Source: Treponema sp. (GTDB taxonomy: Bacteria; Spirochaetota; Spirochaetia; Treponematales; Treponemataceae). Taken from it: DNA of 63,915 bases. The notes below the pieces were generated by a model. The model ran no database searches. It had not been told where the DNA came from and was given only the letters and a program-made list of their open reading frames with translations. A program made the translations under genes and the position numbers. The stretch lies in the NCBI GenBank assembly GCA_017412405.1, contig JAFPYB010000219.1, forward strand, positions 1 through 63,915, read 5' to 3'. Positions 21,432 through 31,807 of the stretch are shown piece after piece; the first letter of the stretch is position 1, and every line of letters starts with the position of its first letter.

Positions 21432-22341
21432 TCACAAAAAGTCCATGCCGCCTGTCACAAATGGAAGCACGATGTCTTTCAGCAAAAGCACAAAATACAC
21501 TGCCGCCGCGCACATCAAAAGCGGCTGCTCAATGGCGACAGCCGCCGCCTTGAGCCGTTCCCGTTGTCTGGCACACCTCCAAATGAGATGAAACAATACG
21601 CGCGGCAGCTGGAAATCGCGCTTCGGAAAGGCACACGGAAAACACATCGCTCACAACCCCACCTGCGCTGATTCCCGCGCTCATTCTGGAAAATGCCCGC
21701 GCCACCCGCTTTTGCCCTCCCACAGCAGCCCCGGCAGAATCAATCGCCTGAACAAGCGGCACGCCACAATCCGTCAAAAACGAAAGCGCATTCAGCATTT
21801 CAACAAGCGCACTCCTCCCCATGATTTTTGAGAAAACCACCGCCAGCACAAGAACGAATAGCGCAAAAAACGCGACGGCCATTCCAATGCTTTTCCATGC
21901 AGCAGAGCGATACATCTCCAGCCTCTCCCCAGAAAAAAGCGAGCCACCCACTGTGTTCATGAGAAACACGCTCGCCCCGAACGCCAAGACAGCCACGCAA
22001 AGCGGGTACAAAAGTGCCGCCCAGAACTGCTCACGCGCCTTTTTTGAAGCGGCTAGCGCTTTTTCCAAATGCGACATAATCCCACACAGATTTCCGTTCT
22101 CCTCGGAAAGCGCGACAAACGACGCATACCACTCGGGAAAACGCATTGCCGTTGCACTGGAAAACGCGAAGGAAAGGCTGCTTCCCCCAAGCAGCGCGTC
22201 TTTCGCCTCCCCCGCAGCCCTACGCACCCGAAGGGAAAGGCGCGTGTTCTCTTGAATGAGCGAAAGTGCCTTTCCAGCAGGAATCCCCGCCCCCACACAA
22301 TCCGAAAAACTCCTGGTAAACTCAGCCAGCTCTTTTTTCAT
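21432..22341 (-). pseudogene. gspF: T2SS/T4P inner-membrane platform protein, frameshifted near the 3' end
   Basis: Two T2SSF-like repeats (GIP..AL, EENGNL, ALLYP); last TM AIEQPLLM...IVLP lies in another frame after about 21565. Confidence 0.75.
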
Positions 22342-23635
22342 CAACGCCTCCGTCACATGGAATGCATTCCCCACGAATCAACTCATCGAACACGTTCCGC
22401 GCCACCTCCCCATGCTCAAGGCGCACACTGTCGAACATATCGCGTCCGGCAGAAAAAACCTCAGCCACAAGGCGATTCCCGTCCACAAGCCGCTGGGACA
22501 CAATTCCCCGCAGCACGGAAAAAAGCTCGTTCCAACCGCAGCCCAAATCGGTCAGCCGCAGCATAGTCTCGTAAAAGCCCGATGTATGCACGGTGGCAAT
22601 CACCAGATGCCCGGTGAGGGCGGCGCGAATCACTGTCTGCGCCGTCGTCTCGTCCCTAATCTCGCCAACAAAAATCACGTCCGGGTCTTGCCGGAACACG
22701 CGCCGCAAACATTCTGCAAAGCCCATGCCTATTCCGTCGTTCACCGCAATCTGGGTGATTTCAGGGAGCACATACTCAACGGGATCCTCAATCGTGATGA
22801 TTTTTTTCCCGCTCTCCCCAGAGCTGCCTCCCATGCGCCCTATTTCCACAAGCAAACTTGCAGCCGTGGTGGACTTTCCGCTTCCCGTCGGACCTGAAAT
22901 CAAAATCAAGCCGTTCTCGTTTTGAGCCATCGATTCAAGAGCCGAAAGCTGCCGCCCGGAAAAACCAAGCCGCGAAAGCTCCAGCGGCAGGCGCATTGGG
23001 TCAAGGAGCCGCAACACCGCCGATTCGCTTTCCTCAAAGGACACGGACGGCACGATTGAAGAGCGGACGAACACGGCGCATTGACCCCCGCCACGGAACA
23101 CGAACGCCCCGTCTTGGGCACGCCTCTTCTCCATCACGTTGAGCTTTGAAAGGACTTTTATCCTCCGTACAAGCTCCACATGCCGCTCCCTGGAAAGCGC
23201 AAGCACAGTCCGCATCCTGCCGCCCACACGGAAGCGTATGCGCGTCTCCTCAATGTGAACATCAGTCGCCCCCGCGCCCACAGCCTCTTTCAACACCGAG
23301 TCCAAAAGCTGCACCGTGTCCTTCACATAGGAATCAAGCGCGTTTTTTCCCGCCTCCCCATGGATTTCTTCCGCACTTCCCTGGCTCTTGCCCCATTCCC
23401 CGCTGGAGCCGTACTGTCGCACCACCGCCCGCTGGAACTCCTCCTCGCCCACCTGCCTGAACGAAACATTCCCATGCCCGCCGTTCCGCCTGAAAAACCG
23501 CTCGCAGGATTTTTCAAGCCGTGAGCGCACCTGAGCATCAATGCCGCGCACGGAGCCGAACACAATATCCGTCCCGTGGCTTTCCAGCACAACAACATCA
23601 TTGAATATCGAAAAACTGCTTGAAAGCGAAAACAT
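22322..23635 (-). CDS. gspE: T2SS/T4P assembly ATPase
   Basis: TDVHIE, QDG, Walker A GPTGSGKS, TIEDPVE, RQDPDVI.VGEIRD and TGHLVIATVH. Confidence 0.92.
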   Translation of the reverse strand: MFSLSSSFSIFNDVVVLESHGTDIVFGSVRGIDAQVRSRLEKSCERFFRRNGGHGNVSFRQVGEEEFQRAVVRQYGSSGEWGKSQGSAEEIHGEAGKNALDSYVKDTVQLLDSVLKEAVGAGATDVHIEETRIRFRVGGRMRTVLALSRERHVELVRRIKVLSKLNVMEKRRAQDGAFVFRGGGQCAVFVRSSIVPSVSFEESESAVLRLLDPMRLPLELSRLGFSGRQLSALESMAQNENGLILISGPTGSGKSTTAASLLVEIGRMGGSSGESGKKIITIEDPVEYVLPEITQIAVNDGIGMGFAECLRRVFRQDPDVIFVGEIRDETTAQTVIRAALTGHLVIATVHTSGFYETMLRLTDLGCGWNELFSVLRGIVSQRLVDGNRLVAEVFSAGRDMFDSVRLEHGEVARNVFDELIRGECIPCDGGVDEKRAG

Positions 23636-23638
23636 GAT

Positions 23639-25636
23639 TCAGCTCCCCACAAATTCCCGAACAAGCTGGCGGGCGTGCGGCAAAAAATCATCCGCCCCGT
23701 CACTCTGGCCAAAAATCTCAGCCGACGGAACAAGGTAAATCACCAGCTCCGTCTTTTCCGACGATTTTGATTTTGCCTTGAACAAGTTGCCAAGCAGAGG
23801 AATACGAGAAAGAATCGGTGTCCTAGAAACAGCCTCCGTCTCTTCGTTTTGGATAAGTCCGCTCAAAATGACAGGCTCCCCGGACTTTGCCCGCACTTCG
23901 GTCGTAATCACTTTCTCGCTGGAAGGCGGCGGGTTTCCTGTCTTAGAACTCAAATCAGTCCCCTGCCGCGACACGCTGGCGGTGATTTTGCTCGTAATCA
24001 TGCCGTCGCCCGTCACAATACCGGTCACTTCAAGCTTCAATCCAGAAACGATTTCCTTCGTCACGCCTGAGTAGATTGGCTCGCCCGTCTCAGGGTCAAG
24101 ATTGTTGTCCCGATAGCGGTATGTGTTCGTGTTCTGGAAATTGATGGTGCTCCCGCTCACTCCGTTCAGCGTGGTGTCGGCAAAGACTTTTGCCTTGTTC
24201 CCGGTGATTGCGGCCTGCAGCTCCGCCGCAAAATTCAGCCCGAACACTCCCACCACATCAAGATTCAAGTCAAGGACACTCCCCACCGTAGTGGAAACAG
24301 CCGTCCTGTCGCCAAGCTTCATGCGGTCAATGCGGAAATTGGGCCGCCACTCGCTGCCGTCCGTCGTCTGGTACTGCATGATAAGCACATCGTAGCTCAC
24401 GCGGGAAACAGGGCGGTCGAACTCGTCCATGCGGCAAAGCAAATGCTCATATGCGGCATCCGTTCCAGTAAAGTAAAAGCTGTCTCCGCGCCCGGAATCC
24501 GTTATTTCAGATTTGTTCACGAATGGCGGAAGATTCGCAAGGAAGTCTTTTGTGCGAACGTATTTGAGCTGAACAAGGTGCGACTCGTTCCGCACGTCAG
24601 ACTGGGCGACAAATGCCAAAAGCTCCGCCGATTTTTCATCATCGCTCAAATACAAGAATTTTCCGCCCTCGTTCACGCTTATAGTCTCAATCTCTGGAAA
24701 ACGCCGCGCACAAAGCGAAAGAAACGCCGATGTGGAAAGATGCTTGAGGCAACATTCCCGCCATGATTTTCCTTTCTCGCCCATGAGACGCTTGTTCTTC
24801 GACGGCACAATGTAGTAGATTCCGTCGGACAGGACGCACTCCGCGTTCGCCTGTGCGCACAGCGTCTGGAGCGTCCTGTCAAAATCTTTTCCCGCAAACG
24901 AGGCTCGGAGGATTTTTGTGTCCGTCTGCGCGGAAAAACAGAATTCTTTTCCAGCCAGCGCACTGAGCTTTTCGCACACAAGGGACAAAGGCGCGTTTTG
25001 GATATTGCACCTAAAAAGCTCTTTCCCTCCGTTTTCTTCTATAAATATGTCGATTTTTCCACCAACTGCTCCGTCAAGCGACCGAGATGAAACCCTGGCA
25101 ACATGGTAGCGCGTGGGATTTTCCTTTTTCAGCTCAAAGCCCGCGCACAACCCCGCAATCCGCCTGAAAATCTCCTCGCAGTCGCACATTCCCGTGTGGA
25201 TGCTCACCTTTACCGATGGAAGACTCTCATAAGTCACACACAAGCCGCTTTTCACCGCCATCTTCTCAAAAAGCTGGAACGGCGTAACATCGTATCCGTC
25301 AAGGGAATAAAGCCCATTTTCTCCCTGCACGATTTTGATTCTGCTCACCGTCCACCGATTTTCGCTTTTTTCCACATAAAGCCGCGCCGATTTCAAGAAC
25401 GCATCGAAGGTGTCGTCAAAATCATCGCCCGTGGAACGGAAGTCGGTCTTCCCCGAAACAGTGTCGTCGTGGGAAATCGGTATTCCCTTGAACAATGATA
25501 TGGAATAAAGAATCTCGCCGATGTCTCGGTCAACGAACTCGAAGGATTCCCCGCCAAGCGGAAGCAACCATGCGCACAAAAAGAAGGAGTGCGCCATCAA
25601 AGAAAACAATTTTTTCATGTCCTTTTTCTCCCACAT
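23639..25636 (-). CDS. gspD: Secretin (GspD/PilQ family)
   Basis: Signal peptide; C-terminal GEP.ILSGLI...TPILSRIPLLGNLFK...TELVIYLVP secretin signature. Confidence 0.9.
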   Translation of the reverse strand: MWEKKDMKKLFSLMAHSFFLCAWLLPLGGESFEFVDRDIGEILYSISLFKGIPISHDDTVSGKTDFRSTGDDFDDTFDAFLKSARLYVEKSENRWTVSRIKIVQGENGLYSLDGYDVTPFQLFEKMAVKSGLCVTYESLPSVKVSIHTGMCDCEEIFRRIAGLCAGFELKKENPTRYHVARVSSRSLDGAVGGKIDIFIEENGGKELFRCNIQNAPLSLVCEKLSALAGKEFCFSAQTDTKILRASFAGKDFDRTLQTLCAQANAECVLSDGIYYIVPSKNKRLMGEKGKSWRECCLKHLSTSAFLSLCARRFPEIETISVNEGGKFLYLSDDEKSAELLAFVAQSDVRNESHLVQLKYVRTKDFLANLPPFVNKSEITDSGRGDSFYFTGTDAAYEHLLCRMDEFDRPVSRVSYDVLIMQYQTTDGSEWRPNFRIDRMKLGDRTAVSTTVGSVLDLNLDVVGVFGLNFAAELQAAITGNKAKVFADTTLNGVSGSTINFQNTNTYRYRDNNLDPETGEPIYSGVTKEIVSGLKLEVTGIVTGDGMITSKITASVSRQGTDLSSKTGNPPPSSEKVITTEVRAKSGEPVILSGLIQNEETEAVSRTPILSRIPLLGNLFKAKSKSSEKTELVIYLVPSAEIFGQSDGADDFLPHARQLVREFVGS

Positions 25637-25831
25637 ATAAAGGGGCAGAGAATTTTCAAATTTGACAGCGAAAATTTATAATTTTTTGTTATATTTTGAT
25701 TTTTCATCGATTTTTTTGACTCGGCTTCATCAAGTTTTTTTCACTGACGTTATTGACAAACATATCTTTATGTTTTAAGGTTCTATATTGTGTTTATGTG
25801 CACACATATCTTTGAGAGGAGTCATTTAAAA

Positions 25832-26542
25832 ATGAAAAAAATCATTGCTACAATAGCAACTCTTTTTGCAGCAACTTCATTACTTACGGCAGAATTGCCA
25901 TCAGTTATACAAGAGCGCGATCTTACAGTTGGAGGCAGAATCGGTCTCGGTCTCAACTTCTTCGACTTCAACTGTGGCGGCGATGTGGGAGAAGACATCA
26001 AGCTCATGCCTGGCTTCGGACTCAATGCTTTTGCCAATATGCCAATCTCAACGCTCGCAACGCTTCCGGAGTACCTGGAGCCGCTGGGAGTTCAGGTTGA
26101 ATTGGGACTCCACGTTCACAACATCGCAACAAACGACAAAAAAGACGAGGATGCAAAAGGCCACTACTTCACTCTGGACATTCCAATCCTTGCAACATAC
26201 AAGCTCGATGTGAACGACATGATTTCCGTCACACCGCTTCTCGGACCCAAGTTCTCATTCACATTGGGAAAAGTTTACAACGACGGATACCTTCTTGATG
26301 ACTTCGCACTCAAATCACCGTTCAACTTCGGCATTGAAGTTGGCGCAACAGCAGCAATCAACATCATCGGACCGGGACAGATTCTCGTGGACATCAGATA
26401 CAACAGAGATTTCACAAAAATGACTGGAGACGGCGAGTTCAAAGACGCTTCCAAAAATACTTTTGACGACCCAGTGCTTGGTTCCGGTCAGTCAATCGAC
26501 ATTTCAGTGGGCTACCAGATGAAACTGAACGATTTGTTCTAA
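25832..26542 (+). CDS. Outer-membrane beta-barrel protein, paralog of 452..1093
   Basis: Shared LDIP.L.TYK, GPK.SF.LGK, PFNFG, RYNRDFTK and SVGY motifs; GAGGAG RBS. Confidence 0.78.
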   Translation: MKKIIATIATLFAATSLLTAELPSVIQERDLTVGGRIGLGLNFFDFNCGGDVGEDIKLMPGFGLNAFANMPISTLATLPEYLEPLGVQVELGLHVHNIATNDKKDEDAKGHYFTLDIPILATYKLDVNDMISVTPLLGPKFSFTLGKVYNDGYLLDDFALKSPFNFGIEVGATAAINIIGPGQILVDIRYNRDFTKMTGDGEFKDASKNTFDDPVLGSGQSIDISVGYQMKLNDLF

Positions 26543-26629
26543 GATTTCGCCCATGCAGGCTCTCTAGGTTTTCAGCCTGCTGGTCAGCACATTGCAAAAA
26601 TCCAGCTTGCATCTGATTGAACCATCTGG

Positions 26630-26662
26630 AAAACAGGATTCACGACGAATCCTGTTTTTTTT
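26630..26662 (+). terminator. Rho-independent terminator
   Basis: AAAACAGGATTC-acgac-GAATCCTGTTTT plus T run. Confidence 0.75.
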
Positions 26663-26698
26663 GTCACTTCGTTTTGCACATGAGCCGAAAATCAAATC

Positions 26699-28297
26699 AT
26701 GAAAAAGACAGCCTTTTTTTCAGTTTTGCTTGCATCGTTTTTTTTATCCAAGCCCCTTTTCTCCCAGAGCGTGGAGCTGGTCTACAACGGCTCAAAAAGC
26801 TATTCCCTGACAGAACGCACCGATTTGCGAAAATACGAGAACGGAAAATACATCGGCATGACAAAGCGCGAAGTCCATTCGTTCATAAACACCACCGATT
26901 CCTACGACACAACGCCGCGCTATGCACGGGACAGCTGGTTCGACGGAAATTTCTACGTCGTGGAGGAGCGCAAGAACAATTCGCTCAACAAAATCGACGG
27001 CATTTACGACTCCATTCCATCCGTGTTCCACATTGCGCCCAACGGCGAGCTTACCATGTACGAGGATCACGGCTTTCCAAGCTTCAGGAGCTTTCCGGCG
27101 TTTCCGTCCAGGAAAGTGAGCGTGGGCGACACATGGACAGCCCAGGCGGAGCGCGCCGTGGATCCCAAAAGCGACGGAAACCTCACCAGGCTCAAAATCG
27201 AAGTGCGCTACACGCTGGAAGGCGAGACGGTTCTGGACGGGCAGGAAGTCTACAAGATAACGGCACTGTGGCAGACGCTCTACGGCATGAGCTGGAAGGA
27301 CGCGAAGGGAGACCCGAACCTGCTCAAGGCACGGGGCGGGCACAAGGCGAACATCATGGTTCTCAAAAAAACAGGCGAGCCGATTCTTGTGGTGGACACC
27401 GTGGACGAAACATTCGTCTACCGCGACAAGACCGAAATCAACTACAAAGGCACTATATCGCTTTTCATAAAATATCCTCCGCGCATGGATTCTGACAAAA
27501 TCATCGCCGCCCTCTCGGACATTGCCACAGTGAAAAAAGGCGGTGCAAAACCAATGGGCGGTGGAAGCACAGGCTCTATCACGTCCACAAAGGCGAACAG
27601 GGACTCAAAAAAGAAAAATGCCGACGGAAGCGGGGATAAAAAATCAGCAGACAAGGACGCTGGCAAAACCGATGATTCACCATCCGCCGAAAGCAAAGCC
27701 TCTTCCGCAAAGCCTGGAACTGACGAGTCCTCGCCAAAAACGGCGGGCGACAGCGGAACAACGGGCAAGGACGAGGAGAACTCGGCAAAAAATCGGCACA
27801 AAAAAACAGGTTCCGGCAAAGACGGCAGGGAAGCGCAAGACGAAGAAAACGCGCCGGTGTCGGTGTTCGGCATTGACGAGGAGAACGCTGCCGCCATGGA
27901 AATCCAGTTCACGGCAGCCAAGAACGACATGATTGTGGAGGAGACTTCCGCCGGAATACGCCTCACCGTGCAGAACGTGCAGTTTCAGGCCGACAGCGCG
28001 GAACTCATGCTCGGCGCGGAAGGAAACCGCCTGGACGAAATTGCCCGCGTCCTCAAGATGGCCGGAAACTCCCAGATTCTCATAGAGGGGCACACCGCGT
28101 CAACCGGGCGGCCGGCGGGGGAACTTTCCCTTTCCCAGGAGCGGGCGAGAAAAATCGCGAACGAGCTTGTGAGCCGCGGCATCCAAAAAGAGAACATAAT
28201 CGTGCGCGGCTGGGGCGGAACAAAGCCAATCGCGCCGAACACGAACAATGCGGGAAAAGCGCTGAACCGTCGTGTAGAAATAACGATTTTGCAATAG
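26699..28297 (+). CDS. OmpA-family peptidoglycan-binding protein
   Basis: C-terminal F..DSA.L, IEGHTA, LSQERA and NRRVEITIL; long charged low-complexity linker. Confidence 0.88.
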   Translation: MKKTAFFSVLLASFFLSKPLFSQSVELVYNGSKSYSLTERTDLRKYENGKYIGMTKREVHSFINTTDSYDTTPRYARDSWFDGNFYVVEERKNNSLNKIDGIYDSIPSVFHIAPNGELTMYEDHGFPSFRSFPAFPSRKVSVGDTWTAQAERAVDPKSDGNLTRLKIEVRYTLEGETVLDGQEVYKITALWQTLYGMSWKDAKGDPNLLKARGGHKANIMVLKKTGEPILVVDTVDETFVYRDKTEINYKGTISLFIKYPPRMDSDKIIAALSDIATVKKGGAKPMGGGSTGSITSTKANRDSKKKNADGSGDKKSADKDAGKTDDSPSAESKASSAKPGTDESSPKTAGDSGTTGKDEENSAKNRHKKTGSGKDGREAQDEENAPVSVFGIDEENAAAMEIQFTAAKNDMIVEETSAGIRLTVQNVQFQADSAELMLGAEGNRLDEIARVLKMAGNSQILIEGHTASTGRPAGELSLSQERARKIANELVSRGIQKENIIVRGWGGTKPIAPNTNNAGKALNRRVEITILQ

Positions 28298-28306
28298 AAT
28301 GATTAT

Positions 28307-29896
28307 ATGGAAACTTACATCAACATAAAAGACTGCCGCGTGGAAGACCTCAAATCCACGCCAATACAAAAATTTTCGTTCACGCTGGAAGAAAACCAGG
28401 CGTGGCTCGTCATAGGCCCAAACGGAGGCGGAAAGGCCGACTTCGTAAAGGCGCTGGCAGGGCAGAAGCGCATCACAAAAAACGATTCTTCCTCCGTGTA
28501 CGAAAACGAGTTCGCAAACAGCACGGAAGTAGTCTCGCTGGAAGTCGCGGCGCGATTGATTGAGGAAGAGCGCGAGCTTGACGAGAGCGAATACATGGAC
28601 AGAATCGACGAGGGACGCACAGGCAGAAGGTTCATCGCGGAGGTTTTGGGCGGTCCCGACGCGAAACACAGGAACATTCCGCTCCCGCCAATCGCGTCCC
28701 GCCTTGAGACGCTCCCTGAAGTAAAGCTCTGCGGCGTGGAAAAAATCCTTGACCGCGGGCTAAAATTCATGTCCACGGGAGAAATCCGCCGCACGCTTTT
28801 GTGCCGTGCGCTCCTTTCCAAGAAAAAGCTCCTTGTCCTGAGCGACCCCTTTGCGGGATTGGATGCCCAGAGCCGCGCGATTCTCCTTGAATTTTTCCAG
28901 ACGATTGCAGGAAAATCCGCATACCCAAAAATCATTCTTTCAATGGAGCGGTACACCGAAATCCCGGAGACCATCACACACGTCATCGAATTCAAGAGCG
29001 GAGCCGTCACCTTTGAGGGAACGAAAGCCGAATACGAAGATGAGCTGAAAAAGCGGGACGAAGAAAAGAAAGCCATGCGCCAGGCTGAAAAATCCGCATT
29101 CATGGACGAGCTTAACGCGATTTCAAAAGAAACAGAGACGCTAAAGGCAAAAGTGAACGCCGAAACGGACTGGCAGGACAAGGAAGAAAAGCCTGCGCTG
29201 ATTGAAATGAACGGCGTTAACGTGGGCTGGGACGGGAAAAAAGTCCTTGCGGATTTCTCGTGGACAGTCCGAGCGAACGAGCATTGGCTGATTCGCGGCC
29301 CCAACGGAAGCGGAAAGACAACGCTCCTTGAGCTAATCACCGGCGATAACCACCAAGTCTTTGCCAATGACGTGCGCCTCTTCGGGAAAAAGCGCGGCAC
29401 GGGCGAGACGATTTGGGACATCAAGCGGAACCTGGGCATTGTAAGCTACCGCCTCCATGTTGAATACAGAATGCTCGGCGGCACAGACCTTGAAGCCGTC
29501 ATCATCTCGGGCTTCAAGGACTCCATCGGGCTTTACGAGCAGCGCACGGAACTTGAAGTCTCGGCGGCGCGAAGATGGCTACGGCTTGCGGGCTTTGAGG
29601 GGCGGGAGCATGAGTCCTTCGGGAACCTGAGCTACGGCGAGCAGCGGGCAATTCTCATCATCCGCGCGGCGGTAAAATCGCCAAAGCTGCTCATTTTGGA
29701 CGAGCCGTGCCACGGACTTGACGAGAACTACAGGCAGAAAATCCTCGATCTCTTGGAGCAGGTTGCAGAGACTGGAACAACCACGCTCCTCCATGTGACC
29801 CACGACCCCACGGAGGCACTGGAATGCGAGAGACACATTCTGGAGCTGCGCCCAGGCGAAAACCCGATGTACAAGATAGAGACATTGGACCTGTAA
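28307..29896 (+). CDS. Double-NBD ABC ATPase, ModF-like
   Basis: GPNGGGKA and GPNGSGKT Walker A motifs, STGE and LSYGEQR signatures, ILDEP. Confidence 0.88.
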   Translation: METYINIKDCRVEDLKSTPIQKFSFTLEENQAWLVIGPNGGGKADFVKALAGQKRITKNDSSSVYENEFANSTEVVSLEVAARLIEEERELDESEYMDRIDEGRTGRRFIAEVLGGPDAKHRNIPLPPIASRLETLPEVKLCGVEKILDRGLKFMSTGEIRRTLLCRALLSKKKLLVLSDPFAGLDAQSRAILLEFFQTIAGKSAYPKIILSMERYTEIPETITHVIEFKSGAVTFEGTKAEYEDELKKRDEEKKAMRQAEKSAFMDELNAISKETETLKAKVNAETDWQDKEEKPALIEMNGVNVGWDGKKVLADFSWTVRANEHWLIRGPNGSGKTTLLELITGDNHQVFANDVRLFGKKRGTGETIWDIKRNLGIVSYRLHVEYRMLGGTDLEAVIISGFKDSIGLYEQRTELEVSAARRWLRLAGFEGREHESFGNLSYGEQRAILIIRAAVKSPKLLILDEPCHGLDENYRQKILDLLEQVAETGTTTLLHVTHDPTEALECERHILELRPGENPMYKIETLDL

Positions 29897-29898
29897 GG

Positions 29899-30007
29899 GG
29901 CTGTCCTGGAAGCAAGTGTCATGCTGATCCTGAATCAAGTTCGGAATGACAGTTTCAGCATCTACGCCATCTATAGCGTTGAGATTCCGAAACGAGTTCG
30001 GAATGAC
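29899..30007 (-). repeat. 109-bp dispersed palindromic repeat (GTCAT...ATGAC type), copy 1
   Basis: Reverse complement aligns without gaps to 48646..48754. Confidence 0.85.
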
Positions 30008-30128
30008 AGAGCTGACTGAACTTTTAGACAGCCCCGAGCACGTCCATTCTGAAAAATGCCGGCTCTCCGTGCAGGCAGATTCATAAGAACGTAAAGCCCA
30101 TACTGCTTCACACCGATAATCAAGGATA

Positions 30129-31286
30129 GTGATGAAAAGTATTTTTTCGATTTTTAAAAGCATCTACCAAAGGGTAAGCATCTCAAACGAAGAATTCAGC
30201 GTGGCAAAAGAGGAAATAACGACGATGAACAGGAACGCAGTGCTAGTGCTATCGTTCCTATGCACAATCCTATTCATCATCCTCTGCATCCTTTCCGTAA
30301 TCACTGACGAACACACATTCCGTAACAACACGTTCCTTTACGGGTTCGTCTCCCTGTTCTCCCTGGCGATTTTTGCCATCGTCTTTTTCATAAAAAAAAC
30401 ACCGCGATACCACATCGTCATAAAAATCGCGATGTACACATTCATGACGGCGATTTTTTTCTATTCGATTTTCATTGGCGTGTACCGTCTCCAAAAAAAC
30501 TACGCCGTCTCGTTTTTCGTGCTCCAGTTCGCCACCCCGATTTTTTTCATCGACCGCGCCCGAAAAATGTGCCTGTTCACATTCATCATGACAGTGATTT
30601 TCTCTGCGCTCTCCTTCAGGACAAAGGCCCCGGAGCTTGCGAGCATGGACATAATCAACGCGGCGTGTTTATTCCCGTTGAGCCTTTTTTCCAGCGTCTA
30701 CCTGTCAAAACTGAAAATACATCAGTTCAACTTGTCGCGCCTAATCGCTGTGGAGCGCGACACCGACGGATTGACCGGGCTTTTGAACAAGACGGCTCTC
30801 ACCCGCAAGGTGTCGGATGCGCTCGAAAAGACAGGGAAAGGCATACTGATGATTCTCGACTGCGACAACTTCAAGGGGATAAACGACAATTTCGGACACG
30901 ACATCGGCGACTACGTGCTCAAAGAAATCAGTTTCCATGTGAAAAACATTTTCCGTGAGTACGAGATTTCAGGCAGATTCGGTGGGGACGAATTCATCGT
31001 CTTCATTCCCGGGACGGACGATGTTCAGTACGGGCGGGCAAAGGCAAAGTATCTCCTTGAAAAAATCAATACGTCCATTTTCCTCCCGGAAAAAACGTCG
31101 TCAATCGCACAGAACGCGGAGGTGAGCATCGGCATTGCCGTTGGGAGCGGGGAGCATATTTCCTTCGGAAGCCTCTTCAAGTGCGCGGACAACGCGCTCT
31201 ACGAGGCAAAGAGCATGGGAAAGAACCGCGTCGTTGTGGCGCAGGATTTGCTGAGTTTCGTGCAGGACGAAAAAGACACCGACTGA
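30129..31286 (+). CDS. Membrane-bound diguanylate cyclase
   Basis: About six TM helices, D.LTGLLN, FKGINDNFGH, RFGGDEF, AD.ALYEAK. Confidence 0.92.
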   Translation: MMKSIFSIFKSIYQRVSISNEEFSVAKEEITTMNRNAVLVLSFLCTILFIILCILSVITDEHTFRNNTFLYGFVSLFSLAIFAIVFFIKKTPRYHIVIKIAMYTFMTAIFFYSIFIGVYRLQKNYAVSFFVLQFATPIFFIDRARKMCLFTFIMTVIFSALSFRTKAPELASMDIINAACLFPLSLFSSVYLSKLKIHQFNLSRLIAVERDTDGLTGLLNKTALTRKVSDALEKTGKGILMILDCDNFKGINDNFGHDIGDYVLKEISFHVKNIFREYEISGRFGGDEFIVFIPGTDDVQYGRAKAKYLLEKINTSIFLPEKTSSIAQNAEVSIGIAVGSGEHISFGSLFKCADNALYEAKSMGKNRVVVAQDLLSFVQDEKDTD

Positions 31287-31296
31287 CCGCCGACCG

Positions 31297-31788
31297 CTAC
31301 GCCGTCTCAAGCACCAAGTCGCAGGCTGCGGCATCGGTGGCTTTCACCAAATCTGCGGGAGAAAGGGCAATCTGCTCTCCCCTCATTCCAGCGGAAATGT
31401 AGATTTTTTCGTGCAAAAATGCGCTTTCGTCGATAAACGTGGGGAATTTCTTCTTCATGCCCAAAGGCGAGCAACCGCCGCGCACATAGCCCGTGAGCGC
31501 CAAAAGCTCCTCCGGCTTCACAGGCGATATTTCCTTTGCGCCGCACGCAGTCCGGGCTTTTTTCAGGTTGATTTCATGGAGCGCGCACTGGCAGAAGACA
31601 AAAATCTGCTTTGACTCGCTCCTCATGACGATTGTCTTGTACACGCACTCGGTCGGGATTCCAAGCTTCTCGGCGGTCTTTTCCGCAGCCCCGCGGGCAA
31701 GCTCATGCTCCCCGTCATCGTCGTAGGAAAGCACCTCGTACTTGATTTTCAGCCCGTCCAAGATGCGCATGGCGTTTGTTTTCTTCAT
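31297..31788 (-). CDS. ybaK: Cys-tRNA(Pro) deacylase
   Basis: KKTNAMRILD, VYKTIV, TGYVRGGCSPLG and SAG.RG. Confidence 0.93.
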   Translation of the reverse strand: MKKTNAMRILDGLKIKYEVLSYDDDGEHELARGAAEKTAEKLGIPTECVYKTIVMRSESKQIFVFCQCALHEINLKKARTACGAKEISPVKPEELLALTGYVRGGCSPLGMKKKFPTFIDESAFLHEKIYISAGMRGEQIALSPADLVKATDAAACDLVLETA

Positions 31789-31807
31789 ATAAACACTCCC
31801 CCTTTCA

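Noticed and set aside
20893-25636. Competence or twitching type IV pilus
   Set aside because: The pilin has GspG-type motifs and no pilT or comEC is present; a DNA-uptake role is not fully excluded
28315-29439. Long antisense ORF (also 9441..10373, 11840..12730, 6899..7669 and similar)
   Set aside because: Shadows of well-supported genes on the opposite strand
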